A DNA stretch of 41,554 nt, taken from positions 1 through 41,554 of the forward strand of contig JBDOIF010000102.1 of the NCBI GenBank assembly GCA_041082215.1, in the 5' to 3' direction. This DNA comes from Anaerolineae bacterium (GTDB lineage: Bacteria; Chloroflexota; Anaerolineae; B4-G1; DUEL01). Below are positions 27,664 through 36,108 of this stretch, piece after piece. The notes beneath the pieces were generated by a model that did no database searches, had not been told where the DNA came from, and was given only the letters and a program-made list of their open reading frames with translations. The stretch's first letter is position 1. Every line of letters begins with the position of its first letter. A program made the translations under genes and the position numbers.

Positions 27664-29178
27664 ATGGAAGCTGGAAAACTGGAAGAGCTGAAGGCCCGAC
27701 TGATGGAGGTGAACGATCTCCGTTCGGCTGCCGCGCTCCTGAGCTGGGACCAGGCCACCTATATGCCACCCGGCGGGGCCGCGGCCCGTGGCCGTCAGAT
27801 CGCCACCCTGCACCGCCTGGCCCACGAGAAGTTCACCGATCCCGCCATCGGCAGGCTCCTGGATGAGCTGCGGCCCTACGAAGAGAGCCTCCCCTACGAT
27901 TCCGACGAGGCCAGCCTGATCCGGGTCACCCGACGGGACTACGAACGAGCGGTAAAGGTGCCGCCATCCTTTATGGCCGAGTTCTCCCGCCACGCCGCTG
28001 CCTCCTACGAGGTATGGGCCAAAGCCCGCCCAGCCAACGACTTCGCCGCCGTCCAGCCCTATCTGGAAAGGACCCTCGACCTGAGCCGCCAGTATGCCAA
28101 CTTTTTCCCCGGCTACGACCACATTGCCGACCCATTGATTGACCTGGCCGACGAGGGGATGAAAGCCGCCACCGTCCAGGCCCTCTTCGCCGAACTGCGG
28201 GAGCAACTGGTCCCTCTCGTGCGGGCGATCACCGCCCAGCCGGTGGCCGACGACCGTTGCCTGCGCCAGCCTTTTCCTGAAGACCGGCAGCTCGCCTTTG
28301 GCCTCGAGGTCATCCGGCGGTTCGGCTTCGATCTGGAGCGGGGGCGGCAGGACAAAAGCCCCCATCCCTTCACCACCGAGTTCTCCGTAGGAGATGTGCG
28401 CATCACCACCCGTGTGAAAGAGGACGATCTGGGCGAGGCTCTCTTCAGCACCCTCCACGAGGCGGGCCACGCGATGTACGAGCAGGGGGTCCGGCCCGAA
28501 CTGGAGGGCACTCCCCTGGCCGGTGGGACCTCCTCCGGCGTCCACGAAAGCCAGTCCCGCCTGTGGGAGAACCTGGTAGGACGCAGCCGGCCGTTCTGGG
28601 CCTTTTTCTACCCCAGGCTCCAGGAGACCTTCCCCGACCAGCTCGGCTCTGTCCCGCTGGATGCCTTCTACCGGGCCATCAACAAGGTCCAGCCCTCCCT
28701 CATCCGCACCGATGCCGATGAGGTGACCTACAACCTGCATGTGATGATGCGGTTCGACTTCGAGCTGGCCCTTCTGGAGGGGCGGCTGACGGTGAAGGAG
28801 CTGCCGGAGGCGTGGCGGGAGCGGTTCAGGGCCGATCTGGGGATCGTCCCTCCGGACGACCGGGACGGGGTGCTGCAGGATGTCCACTGGTACAGCGGTG
28901 CCATCGGCGGCGAGTTTCAGGGGTACACCCTGGGCAACATCTTAAGCGCCCTGTTCTTCGACGCTGCGCTGAAGGCCCATCCCGGTATCCCGGAGGAGAT
29001 CGCCCACGGGGAATTCGGCACCCTCCATGCCTGGCTCCGGGAGAACATCTACCAGCACGGCCGCAAGTTCCTGCCGCTGGAGCTGGTGGAGCGGGTCACC
29101 GGTGGCCCGATCCGCATCGAGCCCTACATCCGGTATCTGCGGACCAAGTACGAGGAGCTGTACGGGCCCCTGGGCTGA
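27664..29178 (+). CDS. Carboxypeptidase Taq family (peptidase M32)
   Basis: LLSWDQ, HPF, DVRITTR, HEAGHAMYEQG, HESQSR, IRTDADE, GVLQDVHW motifs. Confidence 0.95.
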   Translation: MEAGKLEELKARLMEVNDLRSAAALLSWDQATYMPPGGAAARGRQIATLHRLAHEKFTDPAIGRLLDELRPYEESLPYDSDEASLIRVTRRDYERAVKVPPSFMAEFSRHAAASYEVWAKARPANDFAAVQPYLERTLDLSRQYANFFPGYDHIADPLIDLADEGMKAATVQALFAELREQLVPLVRAITAQPVADDRCLRQPFPEDRQLAFGLEVIRRFGFDLERGRQDKSPHPFTTEFSVGDVRITTRVKEDDLGEALFSTLHEAGHAMYEQGVRPELEGTPLAGGTSSGVHESQSRLWENLVGRSRPFWAFFYPRLQETFPDQLGSVPLDAFYRAINKVQPSLIRTDADEVTYNLHVMMRFDFELALLEGRLTVKELPEAWRERFRADLGIVPPDDRDGVLQDVHWYSGAIGGEFQGYTLGNILSALFFDAALKAHPGIPEEIAHGEFGTLHAWLRENIYQHGRKFLPLELVERVTGGPIRIEPYIRYLRTKYEELYGPLG

Positions 29179-29193
29179 GGCCCGCCGGAGGGT

Positions 29194-29805
29194 TCAGATC
29201 AGCCCGGCCCCTATCAGGAGGCCCATCAGTATAAAGAGGCTGGCCGAGCCTCCCAGGAGCAGCCGTCTGGGTAGAAAGCGGCTCAGCCCCTCTCCTCCGG
29301 CTGCGCCAATAGCCGTTGCCCCGATCAGGGCCAGCGCCCCCCCCAGAAAGACGGCCCAGGGGGTGCGGCACTGGCTGGCCAGGCTGAGGACGGTCAACTG
29401 CGTCTTATCCCCCAGCTCGGCCAGGAACAACAACCCAAAGGTGGAGCTGAAGGCCCGCCAATCCCACGCCGACCGGGCCGGCAGCTCTTCTTCGCAGGCT
29501 GGCAACCCCTCCGGGTCTTTCTCCCCATCAGCCCTGAGCGCTTCCCGGACCAGGAGCGCCCCCATCACAACGAACGCCCCCGCCGCCCCGATCCGGAGCA
29601 GCGATTCGGGGAGGAGCTGCCCCAGCACCTGCCCTCCGACTGCGCCGAGGGCCGTCACCACTGTCAGGGCCAGGGCAGCCCCCAGAAAGACCGCCCACGG
29701 GCGGCGGTATTTGCAGACCTGAGCCAGAACCGCCAGCTGGGTCTTGTCCCCCAGCTCGGCGATGAAGACCAGGCTGAAAGCCGAGGCGAACAAACCCCAA
29801 TCCAT
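29194..29805 (-). CDS. TMEM165/GDT1 (UPF0016) family Ca2+/Mn2+ transporter
   Basis: Two copies of the E-L-G-D-K-T motif in a duplicated 3-TM unit. Confidence 0.92.
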   Translation of the reverse strand: MDWGLFASAFSLVFIAELGDKTQLAVLAQVCKYRRPWAVFLGAALALTVVTALGAVGGQVLGQLLPESLLRIGAAGAFVVMGALLVREALRADGEKDPEGLPACEEELPARSAWDWRAFSSTFGLLFLAELGDKTQLTVLSLASQCRTPWAVFLGGALALIGATAIGAAGGEGLSRFLPRRLLLGGSASLFILMGLLIGAGLI

Positions 29806-29851
29806 CCCTTTTTCCTTGTTAAAATTGACCAGACCCTCAGGTCAGGGTTGA

Positions 29852-29879
29852 AGTATACCATAAACGGTCGGTTTTCCAA
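29852..29879 (-). promoter_or_regulatory. Sigma70-type promoter for the GDT1 gene
   Basis: Minus strand TTGGAA, 16 nt, TATACT with extended -10 TG. Confidence 0.5.
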
Positions 29880-29889
29880 GGTGGTCCAC

Positions 29890-30040
29890 CCGAAGTTTGG
29901 ACGGAGTTCGGACACAGGCGCCCATCGGCCGCTTCTGACCTCACCCCATCCCCCTCACCCTACCCCCTGGCCCGGGAGGGGGTAGGGGGAGGGGTGAGGG
30001 TCGCTCTCTCATCCTGCCCGAATGCTTGCCCGAAGCCCGA
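29890..30040. mobile_element. MITE-like element, second full copy
   Basis: Same TIR-like ends (CCGAAGTTTGGACGGAGTTCGGACA ... TGCCCGAATGCTTGCCCGAAG) and 43/44-nt identity block with 8239-8405; inner hairpin differs in length. Confidence 0.75.
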
Positions 30041-30049
30041 TTCCAGGGG

Positions 30050-30077
30050 TTGACGCCCTCCTGTAGGCTGGTATAAT
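30050..30077 (+). promoter_or_regulatory. Sigma70-type promoter for efp
   Basis: TTGACG (30050-30055), 16 nt, TATAAT (30072-30077) with extended -10 TG. Confidence 0.75.
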
Positions 30078-30099
30078 CCTTTTGACAAGGCACACATCT

Positions 30100-30129
30100 A
30101 TGTAGGACAAGCTTCAGCTTGTCCTACAT
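30100..30129. repeat. Perfect GTAG...CTAC REP-like palindrome in the efp leader
   Basis: ATGTAGGACAAGCT-TC-AGCTTGTCCTACAT, same geometry as 7018-7047. Confidence 0.85.
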
Positions 30130-30169
30130 GAACCTGCGTGAACAAGAGCACACAGTTGGGGAGGAGAAT

Positions 30170-30727
30170 ATGATTGATGTAAACGACCTGCGTCGGGGCA
30201 CAACCTTTTTGTGGAACGGCGAGCTGTATAAGGTACTGGAATACCAGCACCACAAGCCGGGCCGGGGCAACGCCTTCATCCGCACCAAGCTGCGCAACCT
30301 GCGCACCGGCGCCACTATCCAGCACAACTTCCTTTCCGGCGAGCGGGTCGAAGAGGTCCGTATCGAGCGGCGGGGAGTTCAGTACCTCTACAACGACGGC
30401 GATCTCTTTCACTTTATGGATACCGAGACGTACGATCAGATGGCCATCCCGGCTGCCGTTCTGGAAGAGCAGGCCCCCTATCTCAAAGAGGGGATGGAGC
30501 TGATCATCGCCGTCTACGAGGGCGAGCCGCTGGATGTGGAGCTGCCCACTGCGGTGGACCTGGAGGTGGTGGATGCCGAGATGGCGATCGCCGGCGACAC
30601 AGCCACCGGCGCGATGAAACGGGCTACTCTGGAAACCGGGCTTGAGGTCCAGGTGCCCCTCTTCGTCCAGGTCGGCGACATCGTCCGTGTGGACACCCGC
30701 ACCGGCGAGTACATCACCCGCGTCTGA
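30170..30727 (+). CDS. efp: Translation elongation factor P
   Basis: HHKPGRGNAFIRTKLRNL, QYLYNDG, FMDTETYDQ, GDTATGAMKRATLETG, VPLFV, VDTRTGEYITRV; GAGGAG RBS. Confidence 0.97.
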   Translation: MIDVNDLRRGTTFLWNGELYKVLEYQHHKPGRGNAFIRTKLRNLRTGATIQHNFLSGERVEEVRIERRGVQYLYNDGDLFHFMDTETYDQMAIPAAVLEEQAPYLKEGMELIIAVYEGEPLDVELPTAVDLEVVDAEMAIAGDTATGAMKRATLETGLEVQVPLFVQVGDIVRVDTRTGEYITRV

Positions 30728-30743
30728 TCCTCCGGGGCCCTGC

Positions 30744-32207
30744 ATGCAAGCGATCCTGAGCCCAGCCGCCGAACGGGAAAAACACACGGTTGCCCTCAGC
30801 TCTGTCTGGGCAGCCGTATTTCTCACTGGCTTCAAACTGACCGTTGGGCTGGCGACCAACAGCCTGGGCATCCTCTCTGAGGCGGCGCATTCCGGGCTGG
30901 ACCTGGTGGCCGCGCTGATGACCTTCCTCGCGGTACGGGTCTCCAGCCGCCCACCGGACCCCGACCACCACTTCGGCCACGGCAAGGTGGAGAACCTTTC
31001 TGCCCTGCTGGAGACCCTCCTCCTGCTCGTGACCTGTGTCTGGATCGTCTATGAGGCGATCAATCGGCTTTTCTTCAAAGAAGCCCAGGTCGAGGCAAGC
31101 GTATGGGCGTTCGTTGTGATGGGGGCCTCGATCCTGGTGGATGTTGGCCGGTCGCGGGCGTTGTATCGGGTGGCGCGGAAGCACCGCAGCCAGGCCCTGG
31201 AGGCGGACGCACTCCACTTCTCAACCGACATCTGGAGCAGTTCGGTGGTCATCCTCGGCCTGGCGCTGGTCCGGCTGGCCGACCTGTTGCCGGACTACCG
31301 CGCCTGGCTGCTCCGGGCCGATGCGGTCTCGGCGATGGTGGTGGCGGGGGTCGTCGTCTCGGTCAGCCTCCGGCTGGGCCGCCGCACGGTGGACGCACTG
31401 CTGGACCGGGCCCCGTCGGGGCTGGAGGAGCGGATCCGCGCCACAGTCGTCCAGGTCGCCAACGTGCGGGATGTGGGCCGGATACGGCTGCGGATGGCCG
31501 GGCCGGTTACCTTTGTCGAGGTCACTATCAGCGTCGAACCCGGCGTGCCGGCGGGGATGGCCCACGAGGTCGCCACACAGGTGGAGGAATCGGTCTCTGC
31601 CCTCTGTCCCCCCTGCGATGTGATCGTGCACGTCGAGCCAGCAGAACCGGCGTCGGGGGACATCCGGGGCCAGGTGCATGCCCTGGCCGCCCAGGCCGGA
31701 CTGGCCGTCCACGATCTGCGGATCCACCCAATCGGCGACCGACACCAGATCGAAATGGACCTGGAGGTGCCCGAGGGCCTCTCCCTGGAGGAAGCCCACC
31801 AATTGGCCACGGCATTGGAGCAGTCTCTGGCCGACCGGTTGGGGGAGAAGATCGAGATCACCACCCATATCGAAGTCGCCCCGCCCCTGTCGGCCCACCC
31901 AGGGGAAGACATCACCGCCCAGGAGGGCCGCCTGGTCGAGCAGGTCCTCGCCGTCGCCGAAGCACAGCAGGGGCTGGAAGGATGTCACGATGTCCGCGTG
32001 CGCCGGGTGGATGGAGCCCTCTACGTTTCTCTCCACTGCCTCTGCCTTTCCGACAGACCGATCGAGGAGGTACACCGGCTGGCCTCCGAGCTGGAACGAC
32101 GCCTCCACGAAGCTGTGCCGGAGGTTGCCCACTTTCTTCTGCATGTTGAGCCAGCTGAGGAGGGAGAGGCCAATCGTGGTTCATCGAGTGGAAGGAGCGA
32201 TGGATGA
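30744..32207 (+). CDS. Cation diffusion facilitator (FieF-like) with three C-terminal dimerisation-type domains
   Basis: SEAAHSGLD, PPDPDHHFGHGKVEN, ADALHFSTD motifs; three repeats ending VHVEP/THIEV/LHVEP. Confidence 0.9.
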   Translation: MQAILSPAAEREKHTVALSSVWAAVFLTGFKLTVGLATNSLGILSEAAHSGLDLVAALMTFLAVRVSSRPPDPDHHFGHGKVENLSALLETLLLLVTCVWIVYEAINRLFFKEAQVEASVWAFVVMGASILVDVGRSRALYRVARKHRSQALEADALHFSTDIWSSSVVILGLALVRLADLLPDYRAWLLRADAVSAMVVAGVVVSVSLRLGRRTVDALLDRAPSGLEERIRATVVQVANVRDVGRIRLRMAGPVTFVEVTISVEPGVPAGMAHEVATQVEESVSALCPPCDVIVHVEPAEPASGDIRGQVHALAAQAGLAVHDLRIHPIGDRHQIEMDLEVPEGLSLEEAHQLATALEQSLADRLGEKIEITTHIEVAPPLSAHPGEDITAQEGRLVEQVLAVAEAQQGLEGCHDVRVRRVDGALYVSLHCLCLSDRPIEEVHRLASELERRLHEAVPEVAHFLLHVEPAEEGEANRGSSSGRSDG

Positions 32208-34879
32208 GCAGGTCGTTTCGTAATGTGATGGTGATCGGGGGGATCATTCTGGCAGCCATTTTCCTGCTTCCGGGCCTGGTGGGGCCAGGTATCACCCTCT
32301 ACACCGACTGGCTCTGGTTCGATAGCCTGGGCTACCTCTCCGTCTACCGCACTCGAATCGTGGCCCTGGTGGGGATGTTCCTGGCAGGAGGGTTGCTGGT
32401 CCTTGCCTTCCTGGGGGTCAACTGGTTCCTTATCCCCCGACGGCTCCTCCGCTACCTGGAACTGGTCGTTCGCCCCCGACGGCAACGGCTCCGCGTTGGC
32501 TCCACCCTTTTTACCATCCTGCTGATCGGGGCCGCGCTGCTGATCGCCTGGGTGATGGGGAGTATAGCCTCCTCCTGGTGGCTGGATTTCCTCCTCTTCC
32601 GTCACGCCCTCCCCTTCGGCCTTACCGACCCCATCTTCGGGAAGGACGCTGGCTTCTACGTCTTTAAGCTCCCCTTCTACCAGCACATAGTCGGGTGGCT
32701 GCTGGGACTGGTGGTCGTGGGGTTGATCGGCACAGTGGTAATATACGCCCTGGCGCGAAATCTGCGGGAGCCAGGGCCCACCGCCCATATCTCGGTGCTG
32801 GGGGCAGTGGTGATGCTCCTGGTGGCCGCCGAGTACCAGCTATCCCGCCTGGGGATCCTGGACTCGGCTCGGGGGGTCGTCTTCGGGGCCGGCTACACCG
32901 ACGTCCACGCTCGCCTGCCTCTCTACCAGCTCCTCACCGGCATCGCCCTCTTCATTGCCGCCCTGTCCCTGCTCAACGCCTTCATCCGCCGCTGGCGGCT
33001 GATCGGCCTGGCAGGCCTGTTCTGGCTGGTGGTTCTCCTCCTGGGCCCCATCTACCCCGCCCTGGTCCAGCGGCTGGTGGTGGCCCCCAACGAGCTGGCC
33101 GCCGAACGGCCCTACATTGCCTACAACATCGCCTTCACCCGCTACGCTTTCGGGCTGGAGAACGTGCAGGAGATGAACTTCCTGGCCAGCGGCGAGCTGA
33201 CAGCGGACGTCCTGGAGGCCAACGAGGCTACCATCGCCAACATCCGCCTCTGGGATTGGCGTCCCCTCCTGACCACCTACGGCCAGCTCCAGGAGATCCG
33301 CCTCTACTACGCCTTCAACGATGTGGATGTGGACCGGTATCCCATCGGTGGGGCGCTGCGGGAGGTGATGCTGGCCGTGCGGGAACTGGACCCGGATCAG
33401 CTGGCCGAGCAGGCCCAGACCTGGGTGAACCGTCACCTGGTTTTCACCCACGGCTACGGGGTCTGCCTCAGCCCGGTCAACGAAGTGACCGAGGAGGGAC
33501 TGCCACACCTGCTGGTGCGGGATATTCCCCCGCAGAGCGCCGATCCAGTGCTGGAGATCACCCGACCGGAGATCTACTTCGGCGAGCTGACCGATGATTA
33601 CGTCATTGTCGGCTCTACCGAGAGCGAATTCGACCGCCCCAGCGGGGATGAGAACGTCTACACCCGCTATGAGGGGCCGGACGGGGTGGAGCTGGGCGGG
33701 CTGGGGCGACGGCTTGCCCTTGCCCTCCGTTTTGGCAGCCAGCAGATCCTCTTTTCCAGCGCCCTCCGCCCCGAGAGCCGCATTCTCTTCCATCGACAAC
33801 TTGCCGACCGGGTGCAGGCCCTGGCGCCGATCTTCTGGTATGACCCCGATCCTTACCCTGTCATCGCCGACGGCCGTCTGGTATGGCTCTACGACGCCTA
33901 CACCTGGACCGACCGTTTCCCCTACTCGGAGCGTTTCTGGGGCGTGAACTACATCCGTAACAGCGTCAAGGTTACGGTGGATGCCTACACCGGAGAGACC
34001 CACTTCTACGTTGTGGACCCCGACGACCCGATCCTCGGCGTTTACCGGGCCATCTTCCCCGCTCTGTTCACCCCCGTCGAGCAGATGCCACAGGTCCTGC
34101 GGGATCACTGGCGTTACCCCGAGCGGCTCTTCCAGATCCAGGCGGAGGCCTACGCCGCATATCATATGGAGGATCCCCACATCTTCTACAACAAGGAGGA
34201 CCTCTGGACCACGCCGACGGAGCTGCTGGAGGGGGGAGAGCAGGCCATGAACCCCTACTATGTGGTGATGCAACTGCCCGGCGAGGAGCGGGTGGAGTTC
34301 CTGATGATCCGCCCCTATGTGCCCAGTGGCCGCCAGAATATGATCGCCTGGCTGTACGCCGACTCGGACGGGGAGGACTATGGCCAGCTGGGAGTTTTCA
34401 AGTTCCCCAAAGAAGAAATGATCTACGGCCCGATGCAAATCGAGGCCCGTTTCGATCAGGACCCCTATATCTCTCAACAACTGACCCTCTGGAACCAGCG
34501 GGGGTCCCAGGTGATCCGGGGGAACATGATGGTCATCCCGGTTGACGACACGGTATTGTATGTGGAGCCGCTCTACCTCCAATCCGAGTCGGGACGGCTG
34601 CCGGAGCTGAAGCGGGTGCTGGTGGCCTACGGCAACCGGGTGGCGATGGCTGAGAACCTGGAGCTGGCGCTGGCGCAGGTGCTCACCGGCGCACCGGCGG
34701 CAGAGGTTGCGCCCCAGCAGCCCGCCTCCACCGATGTAGCCGAACTGGCCCGCTCCGCTCAGGCCCACTTCCAGGCAGCCCAGGCCTGCCTCCGGCAGGG
34801 GGATTGGGCCTGTTACGGCCGGGAGCTGGAGGCCCTGGGGGCAGACCTGGAGGCGCTGGTGCAGGCGACGGGGGAGTGA
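32204..34879 (+). CDS. UPF0182 family membrane protein
   Basis: YTDWLWF, DPIFGKDAGFYVFKLP, GAGYTDVHA, NIRLWD, NRHLVFTHGYG, NYIRNSVK motifs; 891 aa. Confidence 0.93.
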   Translation: MSRSFRNVMVIGGIILAAIFLLPGLVGPGITLYTDWLWFDSLGYLSVYRTRIVALVGMFLAGGLLVLAFLGVNWFLIPRRLLRYLELVVRPRRQRLRVGSTLFTILLIGAALLIAWVMGSIASSWWLDFLLFRHALPFGLTDPIFGKDAGFYVFKLPFYQHIVGWLLGLVVVGLIGTVVIYALARNLREPGPTAHISVLGAVVMLLVAAEYQLSRLGILDSARGVVFGAGYTDVHARLPLYQLLTGIALFIAALSLLNAFIRRWRLIGLAGLFWLVVLLLGPIYPALVQRLVVAPNELAAERPYIAYNIAFTRYAFGLENVQEMNFLASGELTADVLEANEATIANIRLWDWRPLLTTYGQLQEIRLYYAFNDVDVDRYPIGGALREVMLAVRELDPDQLAEQAQTWVNRHLVFTHGYGVCLSPVNEVTEEGLPHLLVRDIPPQSADPVLEITRPEIYFGELTDDYVIVGSTESEFDRPSGDENVYTRYEGPDGVELGGLGRRLALALRFGSQQILFSSALRPESRILFHRQLADRVQALAPIFWYDPDPYPVIADGRLVWLYDAYTWTDRFPYSERFWGVNYIRNSVKVTVDAYTGETHFYVVDPDDPILGVYRAIFPALFTPVEQMPQVLRDHWRYPERLFQIQAEAYAAYHMEDPHIFYNKEDLWTTPTELLEGGEQAMNPYYVVMQLPGEERVEFLMIRPYVPSGRQNMIAWLYADSDGEDYGQLGVFKFPKEEMIYGPMQIEARFDQDPYISQQLTLWNQRGSQVIRGNMMVIPVDDTVLYVEPLYLQSESGRLPELKRVLVAYGNRVAMAENLELALAQVLTGAPAAEVAPQQPASTDVAELARSAQAHFQAAQACLRQGDWACYGRELEALGADLEALVQATGE

Positions 34880-34885
34880 GATGCT

Positions 34886-35260
34886 ATGCGCACTCCCTCC
34901 GGCGTTGAATGTCGCTATTACTACGAGGACTTCTACCGGGGCCGCTCCGTCCAGGAGTGTCGGCTTTTGGCCCACAGCCCGCATTCCCTCCCCTGGGAGC
35001 CCCGCGTCTGTTCCACCTGTCCAGTGCCAGAAATCCTGCGGGCGAACAACTGCCCCCATATGGAGCTGCACGGCCGGCTGGTGCGGCGCTGGCTGCGGAA
35101 ACGGGTGGAGGTGTCGGCCTATTGCATAGAACACCGGGTGGCAGTGGACGATCCCCACGTGGGGTGCGGTCGCTGCCACCCGGAAGCGGCTGCGGTCCTT
35201 GTGGCAGGAGAGGAGAAAAAAGAAGATGAGCATCCGGGCACTTCTTCTCGACCTGGATAA
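34886..35260 (+). CDS. Hypothetical Cys/His-rich protein (possible metal-binding)
   Basis: Eight Cys including CSTC and CGRCH; lies in operon between UPF0182 and the HAD gene. Confidence 0.7.
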   Translation: MRTPSGVECRYYYEDFYRGRSVQECRLLAHSPHSLPWEPRVCSTCPVPEILRANNCPHMELHGRLVRRWLRKRVEVSAYCIEHRVAVDDPHVGCGRCHPEAAAVLVAGEEKKEDEHPGTSSRPG

Positions 35261-35960
35261 CACGCTCTTGCGAAACGACATGGACATCTTTGTGCCAGCC
35301 TATCTGGCCACCCTGAGCGAATACATCGCCGACCATTTTCCCAAAGAGGGCTTTATCCAGCTCCTGATGCGGGCAACTAACGAGATGCTCGCCAATACCG
35401 ACCCGAACCGAACCAACATGGAGGTATTCGACGCCGCCTTCTTCCCCGCTATCGGCAGGAGCCGTCAGGAGCTGGAGCCGCTGTTCGACGAGTTCTATGC
35501 CACCCGTTTCCCCCTCCTCCGCAGCCTCACCCAGCCCGACCCCTCGGCCCGCCCGCTGGTGGAATGGGCCTTCGTCCAGGGGTTCCAGGTGGCTATTGCC
35601 ACCAACCCCCTCTTCCCCCGCACCGCCGTCGAGCAGCGGCTGGAGTGGGCCGGTGTGCCGGTGGAGGAGTTCCCCTACGACCTGGTGACCACCTACGAGG
35701 TGATGCATGCCGCCAAGCCCCATGCCGCCTACTACCTGGAGATCGCCAACCGGCTGGGCCGCCAGGTGGAGGAGTGCTTGATGGTAGGGGACGACTGGCG
35801 GATGGACATCCAGCCCGCCCTGTCCGTCGGCATGAAGGCCTACTGGATCGCCGGGCCACAGCAGAGCCCCCCGACGGAAACAGCCGCTCTCCTGGGCATC
35901 GGCAGCCTGGCGGAATTCTCCCGCTGGGTTCAGGATGAGTTCGGCCGGCACAGCCGGTGA
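35226..35960 (+). CDS. HAD superfamily hydrolase
   Basis: Motif I DLDNTL, motif II ATNP, motif III KP, motif IV MVGDDWRMDI. Confidence 0.9.
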   Translation: MSIRALLLDLDNTLLRNDMDIFVPAYLATLSEYIADHFPKEGFIQLLMRATNEMLANTDPNRTNMEVFDAAFFPAIGRSRQELEPLFDEFYATRFPLLRSLTQPDPSARPLVEWAFVQGFQVAIATNPLFPRTAVEQRLEWAGVPVEEFPYDLVTTYEVMHAAKPHAAYYLEIANRLGRQVEECLMVGDDWRMDIQPALSVGMKAYWIAGPQQSPPTETAALLGIGSLAEFSRWVQDEFGRHSR

Positions 35961-36046
35961 TCGCCCACCCTGTCCAGCCGTAAGGTCCGTAACGCAAAAA
36001 TTTACTTTGCATCACATTTCTTTGCAAGGATGGGCAGCTACCTGCG

Positions 36047-36074
36047 GGAACTCTTTCTCCGCCTCCGGCGTCTA
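36047..36074 (+). promoter_or_regulatory. Putative ECF-sigma promoter
   Basis: GGAACT, 16 nt, CGTCTA, 35 nt upstream of the VIT-vWA start; fits the general ECF AAC/CGT consensus. Confidence 0.55.
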
Positions 36075-36108
36075 GAAGGCAGAGAGGTCGGATGAAAGGA
36101 GGAGAAAG

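Noticed and set aside
29806..29851. yybP-ykoY manganese riboswitch upstream of the GDT1 gene
   Set aside because: The predicted leader is only about 40 nt and lacks the recognisable conserved motifs
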